Positions 38,977 through 51,710 are shown, numbered from the stretch's first letter. The stretch: DNA of 64,000 bases from Octopus bimaculoides (GCF_001194135.2 NC_068983.1:74694681-74758680); one strand, 5' to 3'. Program-made: numbers and translations. Notes: a model not told the origin generated them from the letters alone.

Positions 38977-41013
38977 TTTTTAGAAAGATATATTCAGTTA
39001 CAACTATTAGTGTCAGCCTTTGGTTTCGAAAATAATATACCTTTAAGTGCTGCTTCCTGATGCCGCATCTTAAGATCTCCGACTTCTGTCTTCTCTCCTC
39101 CCAAAATATACTTTGACGACTGCAAAAGGCCATGGGTACTTCGAGTACTCTGTTTTTCCTCTCTAATTGCAAAGAAATAAAACAGAACGCTTTATTGCAT
39201 ATTACAATCTTGTGAGCAGAAGTTCTATCCAGAGAGAGGAATATGCGCCTAGTTTTTGCTATAACTAGACTATCTAATAATTATCTGTGTTACAAACTGA
39301 CATACATTTACTATGTCTTTTCTAATTTTTTCCTTTATGCACATAAAAAATGTGAATTTAATTATCTTCCTACAAGCAAAATCTGCAAACTTGCCGAATC
39401 TAGGCGGGAAAAAATGTCGAAAATTTATTGAATTCATATTTTCTCTTTGAATTGGTTGTTTGGTTAGACTTTTCTGTTTAGAATAGTCTTTTGTATTATA
39501 ATTCGTGTCAAAGTAAATATCTTAGTATTGTTTCTTTTGTTAGCTTTCTTCAATAGAGTCAGCCTAGAGTACGTTTCCTTTGGACTTATTCTTCTATTCT
39601 TACACAATTAATATTCAAACAAACGCTTTGACAGGTATGAAACACATGTAGCCCGGATTTTCCATACTCCATTCCGTAACTCTTGTATTCTTTTTGGTAC
39701 ACTCGGCAACCCTGATTGCTGACCCAAGAATATCAAAAGAACATTTTTCAGCTTATCGTTCTTGGATAAAAGAAAAAAATCCGCAACCTTCCGTCTCAAT
39801 AAATCACTATTGTTCCTGAAAGTTGCTTCGTTATATATATACGGAATCTAAGTTTTTATCTCGCAACTTTATTTTCACTCCACTGCAATCTTCAAGCAAA
39901 TATTTTTACAACTCGATTTTGGTGATATATTTACGCTTATTGGTTGGTTATTGTCGCATGTTCGTCTTTGTTGAATAGCTTGCGTTTTTGCTTGCCGATT
40001 GGATATTTTACTGCCTCTCCATGATTTATTTTTCAGTGAGAGACTGTGTTTATAATTTGCTTATTATTTCTAATCTAATTAAGGTTGTTGTTTTTTTTTA
40101 TGATATTTTGGCATTTTTCAGTCAACTTTTTTTGTATGTTTTTTTTTATAATTTTGTATTGGATATATTAGAGGAATCTCAAAGATGTTTATTTTTTTAC
40201 TCTGAAATTATCTAGGGATATATCTAGTGGAAATAATGTCTCGTGTCTGAGTGATTTAGGTCTGACTATTCGAAAATGTTTGTCTCCATTTCAAGTGAGT
40301 GAGCACGCAATTTAAATTGCAATTTTTAAAAGTGTACTTGTATATATGCTTGATCATGCCGTTTTCATATGGTTATTGATGTGGTTTACTGGTAATGGCT
40401 GAACTGCTTGGAATTCTATTTTGGTCAGTGCGACTAAAGTATATTGTATTTTAGTCAGCAATTAAAAATATATGGTCTCCATTTATTTCATTGCTTTCCA
40501 AAGTTCTATTCTTAGCGATAATGTATTCTTTTTCAGTTTATCGAACCTTTGGTACAGTATACAAAGAAGTATAGTCTACAGAGGAACAGTATTACAAGTT
40601 GGAGAAACCGGAAAATATCGGCGCTATTAATACAACTCTTAAAGACGTTACACGCAGTGCACAAGCACAATCAAAAACTTATGCAAGAGGAACACAACGT
40701 CTCACTGTAAACACATCTTGGAGTTCAAATTAATAGACTTTACACCACCATAAATAAATTGTTCTCGTATCTGTATTTTTGCGCAACAGAAAAAGGCCGA
40801 ATAATTACATCATTAGAAACGCACTCACTCTAAAATACTGAATGAATTTAAGTCGCACTGCAGGCAACAAAACAGATTTACCTCAAATTATTTTTCTGAA
40901 TAGCAAACAGGATAAGACACACATCAGAGCAGTCTCCGACAAAAACCTTTGACTACACATGTACACGTGCACACACGCCCTTTCACCATACATAGCTGAA
41001 AAGCTGCAATTCA

Positions 41014-41016
<3 letters not shown>

Positions 41017-41093
<77 letters not shown>
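41017..41093. repeat. (TA)n microsatellite
   Basis: Directly visible. Confidence 0.98.
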
Positions 41094-41097
<4 letters not shown>

Positions 41098-41610
41098 AAG
41101 TTATAATTCCAAATATTTTCGTTATGAATAATCACAGAAACACAGGTACACGCTAAAGAATTATTATTCCCAGAGCATGCGCCCGCTGAAATAAATACAT
41201 ACACCTTCTAACAGCCATACCAAAATCCCAAGACTATGAACCATCATTGCCAATATATTATCTTCAAAGTTAACTACATAAAAAAAATTACCTTAATAGC
41301 CTTAAAAGAACATCCTAATGGAATTAACAGATAAATTGAGAAATAACTAAGCAAATGAAAATCATTGTCATCAGAAAATAACAAGTAGAGAGGAGGAAAA
41401 TAATATCTAATCCATAAAACCACTGATGAAATACAAACTTAAAACCACACACATACCCAAAAATTTAAATGTAGCACCGAAACAAAATATAACAGCTCGG
41501 GCCGAAGATCGCAATGGCTTGAAACACGAGCTGCAACGTACACATGCACTTTGCAACACCTACAAGTCGGTCTTCGTGGTATATTTATATTCGCTAAAGT
41601 ATGTCTTATG

Positions 41611-41667
<57 letters not shown>

Positions 41668-41699
41668 CTGTTTTTTTAGAAAAACATAAATTCGGAGTA

Positions 41700-42290
41700 A
41701 AACCACACTCTAAGAAGTAGAGCATTCTATATTTATTACTGGTGAAGGCCGGTTTAAAGAGTTACCCTGAGTTTCTCGCCATAAAGGATACCTTTATGGT
41801 GTATCTTCAGACCCCAAGAGCTGTTGCCCTTTGACCTCTTTAAAGTGTGGAGGGAAAAACGATATGGATGTGAACAAGGGGATTATTTCCCTTTGCTGCT
41901 GGCTATCAGCATCCGGCCGAGTCGCCATCTTTCAGCTATGAGGGTAAACAATAGAGTGTTATCTATCTCTCTCCCATCACCAATTAACTTCTGGCTGTGG
42001 TGTTATTTTCACTATTACCGCTATTATGCGGGTCCCAAAACACCAGCAGAAATCTACTAAAATGCAAGCACGGTCCGAAAATCTCCATTCTGGAATTTAG
42101 TATGGTCCTTGGTATGTGCGACTTTTTTCACGATTTCCATGCGTTCAGTTATGCATAGCTTGCAGCTTTTCGTTCCATTGATGCAGGGAGCCAGGCGCTC
42201 GAGGATTTTCCATGAGATCGAGTGTGGAATTCCATCTTCCTGTAGTTGCCATGCATGGCTGGCAAGCGATGTAACGTATCTTCTTTCCGG
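41700..42290 (-). mobile_element. Penelope-like element 3' end (Neptune-like endonuclease C-terminus plus pLTR)
   Basis: YVTSLASHAWQLQEDGIPHSISWKILERLAPCINGTKSCKLCITERMEI...ILNSRMEIFGPCLHFSRFLL resembles the conserved C-terminus after GIY-YIG in PLEs; followed by a 3' region carrying a hammerhead fold. Confidence 0.75.
41758..41815 (-). ncRNA. Type I hammerhead ribozyme fold in PLE pLTR (canonical core)
   Basis: Minus strand: GGGGU / CUGAAGA / uacaCCAUAAAGG-uau-CCUUUAUGGcga / GAAA / CUCAGGG / UA / ACUCU. Stem I 5 bp, stem II 9 bp perfect core with a frayed base, near-palindromic stem III, GUA cleavage triplet. Confidence 0.75.
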
Positions 42291-42364
42291 GACCCTGAAG
42301 GAGGATCTATGGTTGGAAACACGTTACATCACCATAGATCCTCATCGGTTACCTGTTTAAAGGT

Positions 42365-42650
42365 TTGATAGAAGTGTGCATAATAAATTGGCCAAACTGA
42401 ACGGTATGTTGTTTCGTGTGTGCTTAGGGTGATATTATGTAAAGAGGAGGCATCGTTATGAGTCGGTGGGTTTAAAGTACATAGCAGTTTCCAATAGCGA
42501 ATTTATTTTTCTTAATAGAATGTCTAAGGAGGGGAATTTATCGTTGCTGAATTCCATGGTGAATTGAATGTGTGGATTTATGTTTTTATAAGCTTTTGAA
42601 ATTTTTTTTAACAGCTCCAGAACTGTGTCTCTAACAAGCGAAAACACCAA
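42365..42650 (-). mobile_element. Penelope-like RT thumb-region fragment
   Basis: KNINPHIQFTMEFSNDKFPSLDILL...AMYFKPTDS...HPKHTRNNIPFSLA, homologous to the copy at 56200-56560. Confidence 0.85.
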
Positions 42651-45600
42651 ATATTGAATATTTTGTATTAAGGAATTAAGGAATACGCAATAACCGCAAA
42701 GTCAACCAACGATATATGATATTCGCACAAGGCATAGTCCGACCGGTATGTTTAAACTTATATTCTTTAATACACAGTTCACGCCTTTGCATCGACAAAC
42801 AGTAAGAAATACATGTATAGACTCATTAAAACATACATACATGTGTATGCCACAGATTGGTGTGGCTATGTATTTTTCTATTTAATACTGGTTGTTGTAT
42901 CATACATTTAATATGAATCGCTGAATTTACATTTTACAGTTAACATTTCCGAAAACAAATATGTAACAAATATTTTCGAAATCGATTTTTAAATATTGGT
43001 TGAATGGACAAGTAGACTAAAATGAAGTCATTGTCTTTATTTATAAAAATGGATAATTAAGAAATGTATCCAGATTATAAGCAAATATATTAATACGTTT
43101 TATAAAATTCAGATATTCTCATTGATATATATATACATATATATATATTATTTCCCTTCATTTTGGCTTAATTAGTGTCAAATTTCAGATGTGGTTATGT
43201 AGTACAATCATTCCATGTATTCTTTCGTGTGTATTCATTTTGTTTTTCCCACATTTAATTCTCACATCATTTCATTATTCATTGATTTTAACTCCATTCT
43301 ATTGTAACTGACTGTCTATACAATGTTAATGCAAATATTTACTAGTAGAAGATATACGTTTATAACTTTCTTTCACTGTAAGTAAACATTGCCAGCCATT
43401 GGAAAATAGTATTTATTTATTGTTTTACCTCTATATTAAGTAACAACAGTATTTATTCAATACCTAAATAAGATATTTCTAATGTAATTGATACGACATT
43501 TTGTAATTCTTTCCCTTATGCGTTTCTGTGTGTTTAAGTAGAATCCTTTTTTATTACAGTTGTCCTATTTCGTTATTTGTCCCATATGTTTTGTTGGAAC
43601 AAAAATGTTCCTAAATACGTTAATTCAATAGTGCTCAAGAACTTTTCGGTCTCATCATTAGATTGAAGTGATGTAAATGTTAACTGATTGTTTACCTGAG
43701 CTGCCGTTTGTTCTAAAGAATCATAGGAAAACTATTATAATTGATAAAGTCATCACCGTCGAATATAAAAATTACACCAAGCTTAAGTTTATGATATATT
43801 GTTATAGATTTATTTACCTATTTTGGGTTTTGTTTTGCTATTAGTAATACTCGTTACTTATTTTGCTTTGTGAAGTTGTAGTACTGACAATTAATGTACT
43901 GACAATTAAAGTGAGCAAATGCCTTTTTTTTAATGCATGTTTAACCGACAAGAGATTGTTATACGCGTGAGAATATATTACAAAATCATCAGAATGTAAG
44001 ACCTAATGTTAATCCCAAATTAAAACAGAATGTACCACGAAATAACAAACTAGTATAAACTGTAGAATATATTTCAAACAGGTAATGTAATAGATAAAAT
44101 TCAAGGGAAACATGTATGCTGTAAACTTTATGACTCATATTCCTACATCGAACTTACAAGTGTAACACCTCGTCTGCTGACCACATATTTGCAGCAAAGA
44201 TTCTTTCCAGATCATTATAATACAACCAAAAAGATGAAAAAGTTCGTTAGAACATTGTTTCCTATCTCCAGGAGTGCGATCCAAAGTTGCGTTACCAAGA
44301 TTTTTCAATGATTCACAAAGTAATTTTTGAAAGTATTATTTTTGTTCGAAAGTGTAAAATATTTTCCAAATTTGTTACTGTTAAACATGCTATACATGGC
44401 TACTTACATTCTGGGTTACAAAGATATTTGATACATACTAGAAATTTATTTACTCTTTGAATTTTCACAGACCAATGAACAGGAAACTGTAGTTAAAAGA
44501 ATTACCAAACTGCGAATGAGTAGACTCACACTTAAATTTTTTTTTCCCTGTAACATATATTATCGTAGGTTATTTCTTGCATGCAAAAGAACCTGCGTTC
44601 TTTAAATTTAAATATTTAAGGAAAAATTTATTTACAATATGACAGAAAATAGCTTTTATTATGAAAGAAATGAAAGCCAGCCTTATATATATTTATTCCG
44701 TCTCCGGAATATACAGACATTCATACATATACATATTCATGTATGTGAGTGCGCGCGCGTGTCTGTGTGTGTCTGTGTGTGTCTGTGTGTGCTTCTGGGT
44801 GATTTTTTGGGCAATATTTTGACAAGAAATTGGCTTATACAAAGTTAATTTAACAACCCTGCTGTTGCATCCTTCCTAATCTCAAAGTATAAATTGAATT
44901 CTGGAAGAATCAGACTACTTAGGCCTATTTCAGAATCTTTTACAAATATATCACTATTTTATATTTTCTTTATGCCATTTGGTTATTCTATAATTATATA
45001 TAACTGTCAGTTGATATAATCCCTAATGTCAGAGTAGGAATACAAACCCCAAATTTTAGAATTGGGATTTACATTTATCACCACAGAATAGTCAAATCGC
45101 AATTACTAATATCGTTTGAAGTGTCAAGCAAAGAATCACTGAAGTACGTGAAACCATCACGCACGAAAAGGAAAAATATTTTAGTAATAGAAAAAGTTTG
45201 CATTTGAAAACAAAACACTGTTTAAGGACTGGATGGTACAATCAATAGTACTATACTAACAGGAAAATTCTGATAGATAAGTTTATTGATCTTCGTGTTA
45301 ATTGTTTTGTTATATTAACCATTTCAACTATATTTCTGATTTAAGTTTATGGCTAAAGTAGTTTACATATTAACAGTTACATTATGTTGAAGACGTTAAT
45401 ATCGATTTCGTTCCATCACTAAAATTGCTTAATGCATAACGTTTTAACACGCATATGTGGGTACTAGGAAAAAGCAGGATAATTTTTACAGAATTTTTTA
45501 TGCAAAGGAAAAAAAGTATTTTTTAGCAAAATCAAAGAAATCTATATATACATTTTATTTGGTTGGGTGGAGTAATCGTCTTAAAATAATAATCTATTGT

Positions 45601-46489
45601 AGATAATTATTCGTAGATGTTAAGAACCATTGCTTTCTAAAATCTGAGCTTCTTGGTTTACTTTTTAGTGTCTTCTCTTATATATATGTGTGTCTGTATG
45701 TATGTATGTATGTATGTATGACATATAGAGATAGTCAATTATAGTGCAACTGTGCTGAGCAAAACGCTAAGTGATTTAATAAACATGTTAAGCTCTTGCT
45801 GGCTTTTTGGAGAATTCCAAATCAATTAGGAAAGCGGCTGGCATCTTGATAGCTTTCTCTATTAATTTGAAATAATTTAATTTTAATTTAATGTTAGAAC
45901 TTGTTTCCCACAGCTATTAATTTCCTATGCGGTGCTTTTTAATAGTACTCAACAAATATTTAGTAGTGTATTTACAGTAGAAATGAAATTAATTATCACT
46001 ATTTTGTGTGTGTTTACAGAAGCGAGAAGAGTTTCTTAATTACGGCAATAGTTCATAAGTTTACGTGTTTTAAAGCTGATATTCATCATTATTTTGTTTT
46101 ACCTATTTTTGCTAACTTCATCAATTCAAGATGGAACTCACGAAATTTTATAACCGTAAATGAAATTTTAATACATTAATTAAAAAATAACCATTGATAT
46201 ACTACTAATTAGAAACATTTATCAGCTGTGGGCTCACTTTGTAAATGCCGTAATGGAAGTATGGAGATAACAGAAACAGTGTTTATAATTTAACGAAAAT
46301 TATATCCTTTGTTGTATTTCAGTGGGGGCCATTATGCCATTATTAAGCACATGCTTTGTTTCTATCTCACTTCCTTTATTATTATTATTATTATTATTAT
46401 TATTTTATTAGTCAACTATATATCCATTTAGCAAATTACTCACCGATTGTTTTAATTAATCATTTGGTCAATCACTTTTAGTCAAAACT

Positions 46490-46750
46490 AGAATGGACTT
46501 TGGCGAGCTTTTGCAGCGTTATCATTTAATCGTAATTCTTGGCCGGCTTCTTGGATTCTGTGTTATATACTGGTTCAACCTGGGCGGGTCGCCAGTCCAT
46601 TGCAGGAGCACCCATTCTTGTCAACTGAATGGACTGGAGAAACGTCAAATGAAGTGCTTTTCTCGAGAACACAACACATCGCCTGGTCAAGGAATCAAAA
46701 CAACAATATTACGATCTTGAGAACAACACCCGAATCGCTAAGTCACACAT
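46490..46750 (-). mobile_element. SINE family E, diverged
   Basis: tRNA-like head in reverse (ggaatcaaaac...cttagcgattcgg), then gaatggactggagaaacgtcaaatgaagtgcttttctcgagaacacaac and a gggcgggtcgccagtcca motif. Confidence 0.65.
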
Positions 46751-46829
46751 CTTCGCACTTCCTTTTTAATGTGAGATATTTAGTTTCTATTTCTAGCAAG
46801 TCCAATACTCTGTCTACACATTATCACTA

Positions 46830-47035
46830 GATCTACAAGAAATGGTGCCCAAATCTATCTCAAATCATGCACTGCCATTTTAAAGGAAAAGAAGCACATA
46901 TTAGTTAATATACTCTTAGGTATAATGTCTAAAATATAAGGGCAGTCAGAAATAGAATGCCTTAGATTATAGATTTGCAAAACCAGGTTTACCCCAGAGT
47001 CTAAACATCATGAGGAACAACAATAGCAACAACAA
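46830..47035 (+). mobile_element. Diverged retroposon 3' tail ending in (CAA)n
   Basis: caaatctatctcaaatcatgcac...gaatgccttagattatagatttgc...aaacatcatgaggaacaacaatagcaacaac; similar decayed pieces at ~35030-35290, ~48290-48460 and ~49180-49270. Confidence 0.45.
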
Positions 47036-47562
47036 TGAAAAAATCCAAGGTAGTGTTGGCAACAAAATACGAGTTGCTGGTTCTGTGACGGATCTTTCTT
47101 CTAATAACACAAAGGAATTATTAGATAGCAATTGTTATCACTTTGTCTTCCACCTTTTCATTACATTTAAATATTAATTTTTATCTTCTCTATTTTTCAA
47201 ATGCAATTCCCCTTCTTTTCTACTATCTTTACAACATTGCCTCGACATTTTCCATTCTCCCGATTGTTTTCATATTCTGCCTACAAATGCGAAGAATCCA
47301 AATCAATGTCTATTGAAGCGAGAGAAAAAAAATAACACAAATACTGAATACTTTTCAACAAAGCTCAAAACAGCGAAAAAGAGGAACGATTATATAAAGC
47401 TTAAGGCTGAATGCAACATACTTGATTACAGGTTTGTTCGTTCAGGAATGACTGAATACTATCAAAAATAAAACACAAATTCTACACCATTTGTTTATGA
47501 GTACACCGAATTGAATCGATCTGGTTTGGTAAAAAACAGGAATGTGCAACAGTAGGACTAAA

Positions 47563-47602
<40 letters not shown>

Positions 47603-47612
47603 NNNNNNNNNN

Positions 47613-47644
<32 letters not shown>

Positions 47645-48593
47645 TATATATACGCATCATATGCATAACATGCGTATGTGAATGTGTTCGTTTTAAGTGA
47701 GTGCTATTTCAAATTTAGTTTCAAATTAATTACGGAATCTTTACTCAAAGACAAATGGACTCAGTACTGAGAATAGAGCCAAATTTATCGTGAAATTTGT
47801 GAAATTCTTTATGCTTTGCTTAACCCTCTATGCACTTGGCTAACATGGGTGTGTGACAAAATTCGAAGTCACAGGTAACACGAAAATCACTAAATAAGGT
47901 TACTATATATATATATACATATATATATACCTCTTCTCTACCTAGATACATATGTGCATAAATATTAGTATCTATGTATCCATATGTATATTTAAAAAAT
48001 CTCGTGTATGTGCGCGCGAAAGAGAGTATATGTGTGTAACAATATATTCGTTTTTATTCAGATAGTCGGATGACATAAGAGGGCAGAATGAAACTCGTTT
48101 AGGGTTGATGGTTGAAGGAAATAGTAAACGGGGAAGGAGTTCTAGAAAAAGAAATTTTGGTTTGGCAAGATTAGGTATAATATATGATATTTCGTATATT
48201 GTATCAAATGAGACTCAGTGAGGATGATAAATCATTTATATTTCGTATGTGTATTTTTGTATATGTGTTTTTTGTATATTTAATATGATATATTGTGGCG
48301 GTTGTTGTTTAACTCCATATCAATACTGACACCGACCCGTTCTTTACGTATCTAAGATTACGTTAAGTAATATATATCCTTCCCTTTTTTGAAAATGGTG
48401 ATTGTGACTCGAGGAATATGATTATTTCAGGTGTTTCAGGTATGAGTATGCATTCGGTATAAACAATACAAAACTATTTATCCTCATATTTATCCATTAT
48501 CATCCTCATATTTATACAAAAGTATTCTCTTCATATTTATACACATATTTAGGGTAAATTGTATCATTAACTTAACCATATTGTTCATCGGAG

Positions 48594-48982
48594 TGGAGGT
48601 GCAATGGCCTACTGGTTAGCGCAGCGGACTCGCGGTCATAGGATCGCGGTTTCGATTCCCAGATCGGGCGTTGTGAGTGTTTATTAAGCGAAAACACCTA
48701 AAGCTCCACGAGGCTCCGGCAGGGGATGGTGGCGAACCCTGCTGTACTCTTTCACCACAACTTTCTTTCACTCTTACTTCCTGTTTCTCTTGTGCCTGGA
48801 ATTCAAAAGGTCAGCCTTGTCACACTGTGTCACGCTGAATATCCCCGAGAACTACGTTAAGGGTATATGTGTCTGTGGATTGCTCAGCCACTTGCACGTT
48901 AATTTCACGAGCAGGCTGTTCCGTTGATCAGATCAACTGGAACCCTCGACGTCGTGAGCGACGGAGTGCCAACAAATAAACA
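48594..48982 (+). mobile_element. SINE family D, full length, tRNA-derived head, 14-bp TSD
   Basis: A-box-like tggcctactgg, B-box-like gtttcgattccc; CAA-type tail; TSD attgttcatcggag at 48580-48593 and 48983-48996. Confidence 0.95.
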
Positions 48983-49936
48983 ATTGTTCATCGGAGCTCA
49001 CTTTGTAAGAGCTGACTATTGAGATTTATATGTTGATTTAACATTTCCAAATTTTCAAACGTTTAAAAACACAATCTGCAAACCAGCGGAAAAACTTCAT
49101 TCTGATGGATATTTGAGCCAAATATATTTCAGATCATATCTTACTTACTTAAACATATGAAGGCTACATCAGAAAATGTTAGCTTTAGATATACAAAAAC
49201 TCGTAACAGTCGTAGATAGAATTCCTTTGATTTTAGGTTAGCTCGATCAGTGCTGAATCTGAGGCTAAACAACAAAAATAACGTTTGAAGGCTAACCACC
49301 AGAAGTACCGCTTTCAAAGTTTTCCATTTATATGTATTCTATTAATTATAAATGAAATACGTAGCCCCCAGTTAAATCAGTAGGTAGATTGTCCTCTTTA
49401 AATTTATTACTGTTTCATTTTATAGCTTTGAATTCAACAAGATATCATTTGCCTTAGGTATTTTCTTTACTCTTCTTAATAACAAAATGATAAGTCAAAT
49501 TTGTGTCAAATATTTCTGGAATTCCTGCTGAGCTGAAAAATTTCTTGATGTGTAAAACGGAAGATGAGCAGGGGGGAATTTTATTGTTGCTTTGTTGAAT
49601 CTTTAAATGAAATCTTTAAGAAATAAACTCTGAGAAGAATACAGAGAGGTCAAAAGGAGAATATAACCATCATAAATAGAACAGCAAATTTTATTTGAAG
49701 CTTCTTAAAGTAATGATCGTAGACGAATCAGCAACGGAATTTAGTCAGACACTAGGAACTGGAAGTCCTTATTCTGGAAGAAATAACGAACTTCTGTTAG
49801 CATGTTTGTTCAGTATTTAAAATCTACTCATCCGAGTATTTCTAACATTTTTGTTTTTATCAGAAACAATTTGGTATCTATACATGACGATTTTCATCTT
49901 ATTATTTCATCTATTTCCTACATATTGCCACTATAT

Positions 49937-50330
49937 TGTTGTTGTTGTTGTTGGCACTCCGTCGCTTACGACGTCGAGGGTTCCAGTTGATCCGATCAAC
50001 AGAACAGCCTACTCATGAAATTAACGTGCAAGTGGCTGAGCACTCCACAGACACGTGTACCCTTAATGTAGTTCTCGGGATATTCAGCGTGACACAGTGT
50101 GACAAGGCCGGCCCTTTGAATTACAGGCACAACAGAAACAGGAAGAAAGAGTGAGAGAAAGTTGTGGTGAAAGAGTACAGCAGGGTTCGCCACCATCCCG
50201 TGCCGGAGCCTCGTGGAGCTTCTAGGTGTTTCCGCTCAATAAACACTCACCACGCCCGGTCTGGGCATCGAAACCGTGATCCTATGACCGCGAGTCCGCT
50301 GCCCTAACCACTGGGCCATTGCGCCTCCAC
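49937..50330 (-). mobile_element. SINE family D, full length, 11-bp TSD
   Basis: About 92% identical to the 48594 copy by hand alignment; (CAA)n tail; TSD tgccactatat at 49926-49936 and 50331-50341. Confidence 0.95.
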
Positions 50331-50714
50331 TGCCACTATATATTTGTCGCATAAAGGAATTTTCAAAAATATACAGTCCAACGATTGGTGTCACCATTTA
50401 TGTGAATAAATAATTGGCAGTGAAATATTTTGTAAAGTTTTCTGTAATCTATAGAGAAAACATACATGCGTATAACCAGAACAATTGTCTATAGAAAAAT
50501 ATGCTTCCTCGTATTGGAAAAAGTATGCTAAAGAATTATTATCGTGTTTGATTGCAGATACCATTCCGCATTCATAATTTGTTATTTCGAAAAATTACAT
50601 CAAAAATTCAGTGACTGTTTTCAACCGTTGGAGCAGTCTTCGTTTTGCTGATGGAAGGAACGTATAAACTACTAGATCTGCGTAGTGATGGAGTGAAATA
50701 GAAGCTTCGAACTT

Positions 50715-50757
50715 GCGCGCGCGCGCATACACACACACACATACATACATATATATA

Positions 50758-50811
<54 letters not shown>

Positions 50812-50930
50812 AATGGAGCAAGTTAGATAAATCGATATATACAGATACATATACATGTACACACACGCACACAGCACACACATATGCATATACACATACA
50901 AGCATACAAGCATACATACATACACACATA

Positions 50931-50964
<34 letters not shown>

Positions 50965-50992
50965 TATATATATGTATATATATATATATATG
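50715..50992. repeat. Compound (GC)/(CA)/(AG)/(CATA)/(TA) microsatellite block
   Basis: Directly visible. Confidence 0.9.
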
Positions 50993-51317
50993 AGCAGTAG
51001 TAATAAGAAAATAAGTGCCATTCATAATAAATTCACCATTGAGTATAGGTTTTCAGTTTAAGTAGTAATCACTTAACATGTTGTATATAACGTAATATGT
51101 CCATCTGACTGAAAATCCAGTGATTCAGAAAATAATATTTTCCGCAAGGAAAAAGCATGAAGTCAAAAGTTTGTGGAATTGAATATAGATAAATTTTTCC
51201 ACATGACTGCCATATTACCATATGATCACAGCAGTTTCATAAACTTCATTATATAGTATTATTAATTTCTGTATGCAAAATTATACGTACATATCTATAT
51301 CAATATGTCAGCTCACC

Positions 51318-51437
51318 ATTGCACAAATGATTGCAAATAAAGTAAACTAACCTATCAGATCATCGTTAGATACAACTATGATGATTAGATGATCCTTATT
51401 AGTTTACTTACTTTATTTGCATCTATTTGTGAACAAT
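51318..51437. repeat. Imperfect palindrome (~35-bp arms)
   Basis: cacaaatgattgcaaataaagtaaactaa versus ttagtttacttactttatttgcatctatttgtg (reverse complement with a 4-bp indel). Confidence 0.65.
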
Positions 51438-51678
51438 TGATTGTATTGTGTACTGCTGAGCACAAATCTTAATGTGAACATATGCATATAACTTTTCACA
51501 CCGAAATTAATAACGCTACATGATGAAGGATGCGAAACGGCTGTAATGGCGTAGAAATCATGTGGAAAAAATCTAAATTAATCTCTCAGATTTGATTTTA
51601 AGCTTCACTAATATGTGTTTGTGTGTATGTATGTGTGTGTGTGTACATGTGTATGTATATGAGTGTTTNNNNNNNNNN

Positions 51679-51710
<32 letters not shown>

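Noticed and set aside
39600-39830. LINE ORF1/gag-like remnant (ORF 39608-39799)
   Set aside because: Protein-like composition but no motif I can name with confidence.
41495-41545. Third hammerhead (cagctc ggg ccgaaga tcgcaatggctt gaaa cac gagctg)
   Set aside because: U4 and U16.1 are missing, stem II does not pair, and the flanking helix is offset from the core; too degenerate to call.
48594-48670. tRNA gene (also 50255-50330, 21960-22037, 62944-63000)
   Set aside because: A/B boxes are present but there is no complete cloverleaf or acceptor stem; each continues into a SINE body, with tail and TSD in the full-length copies.
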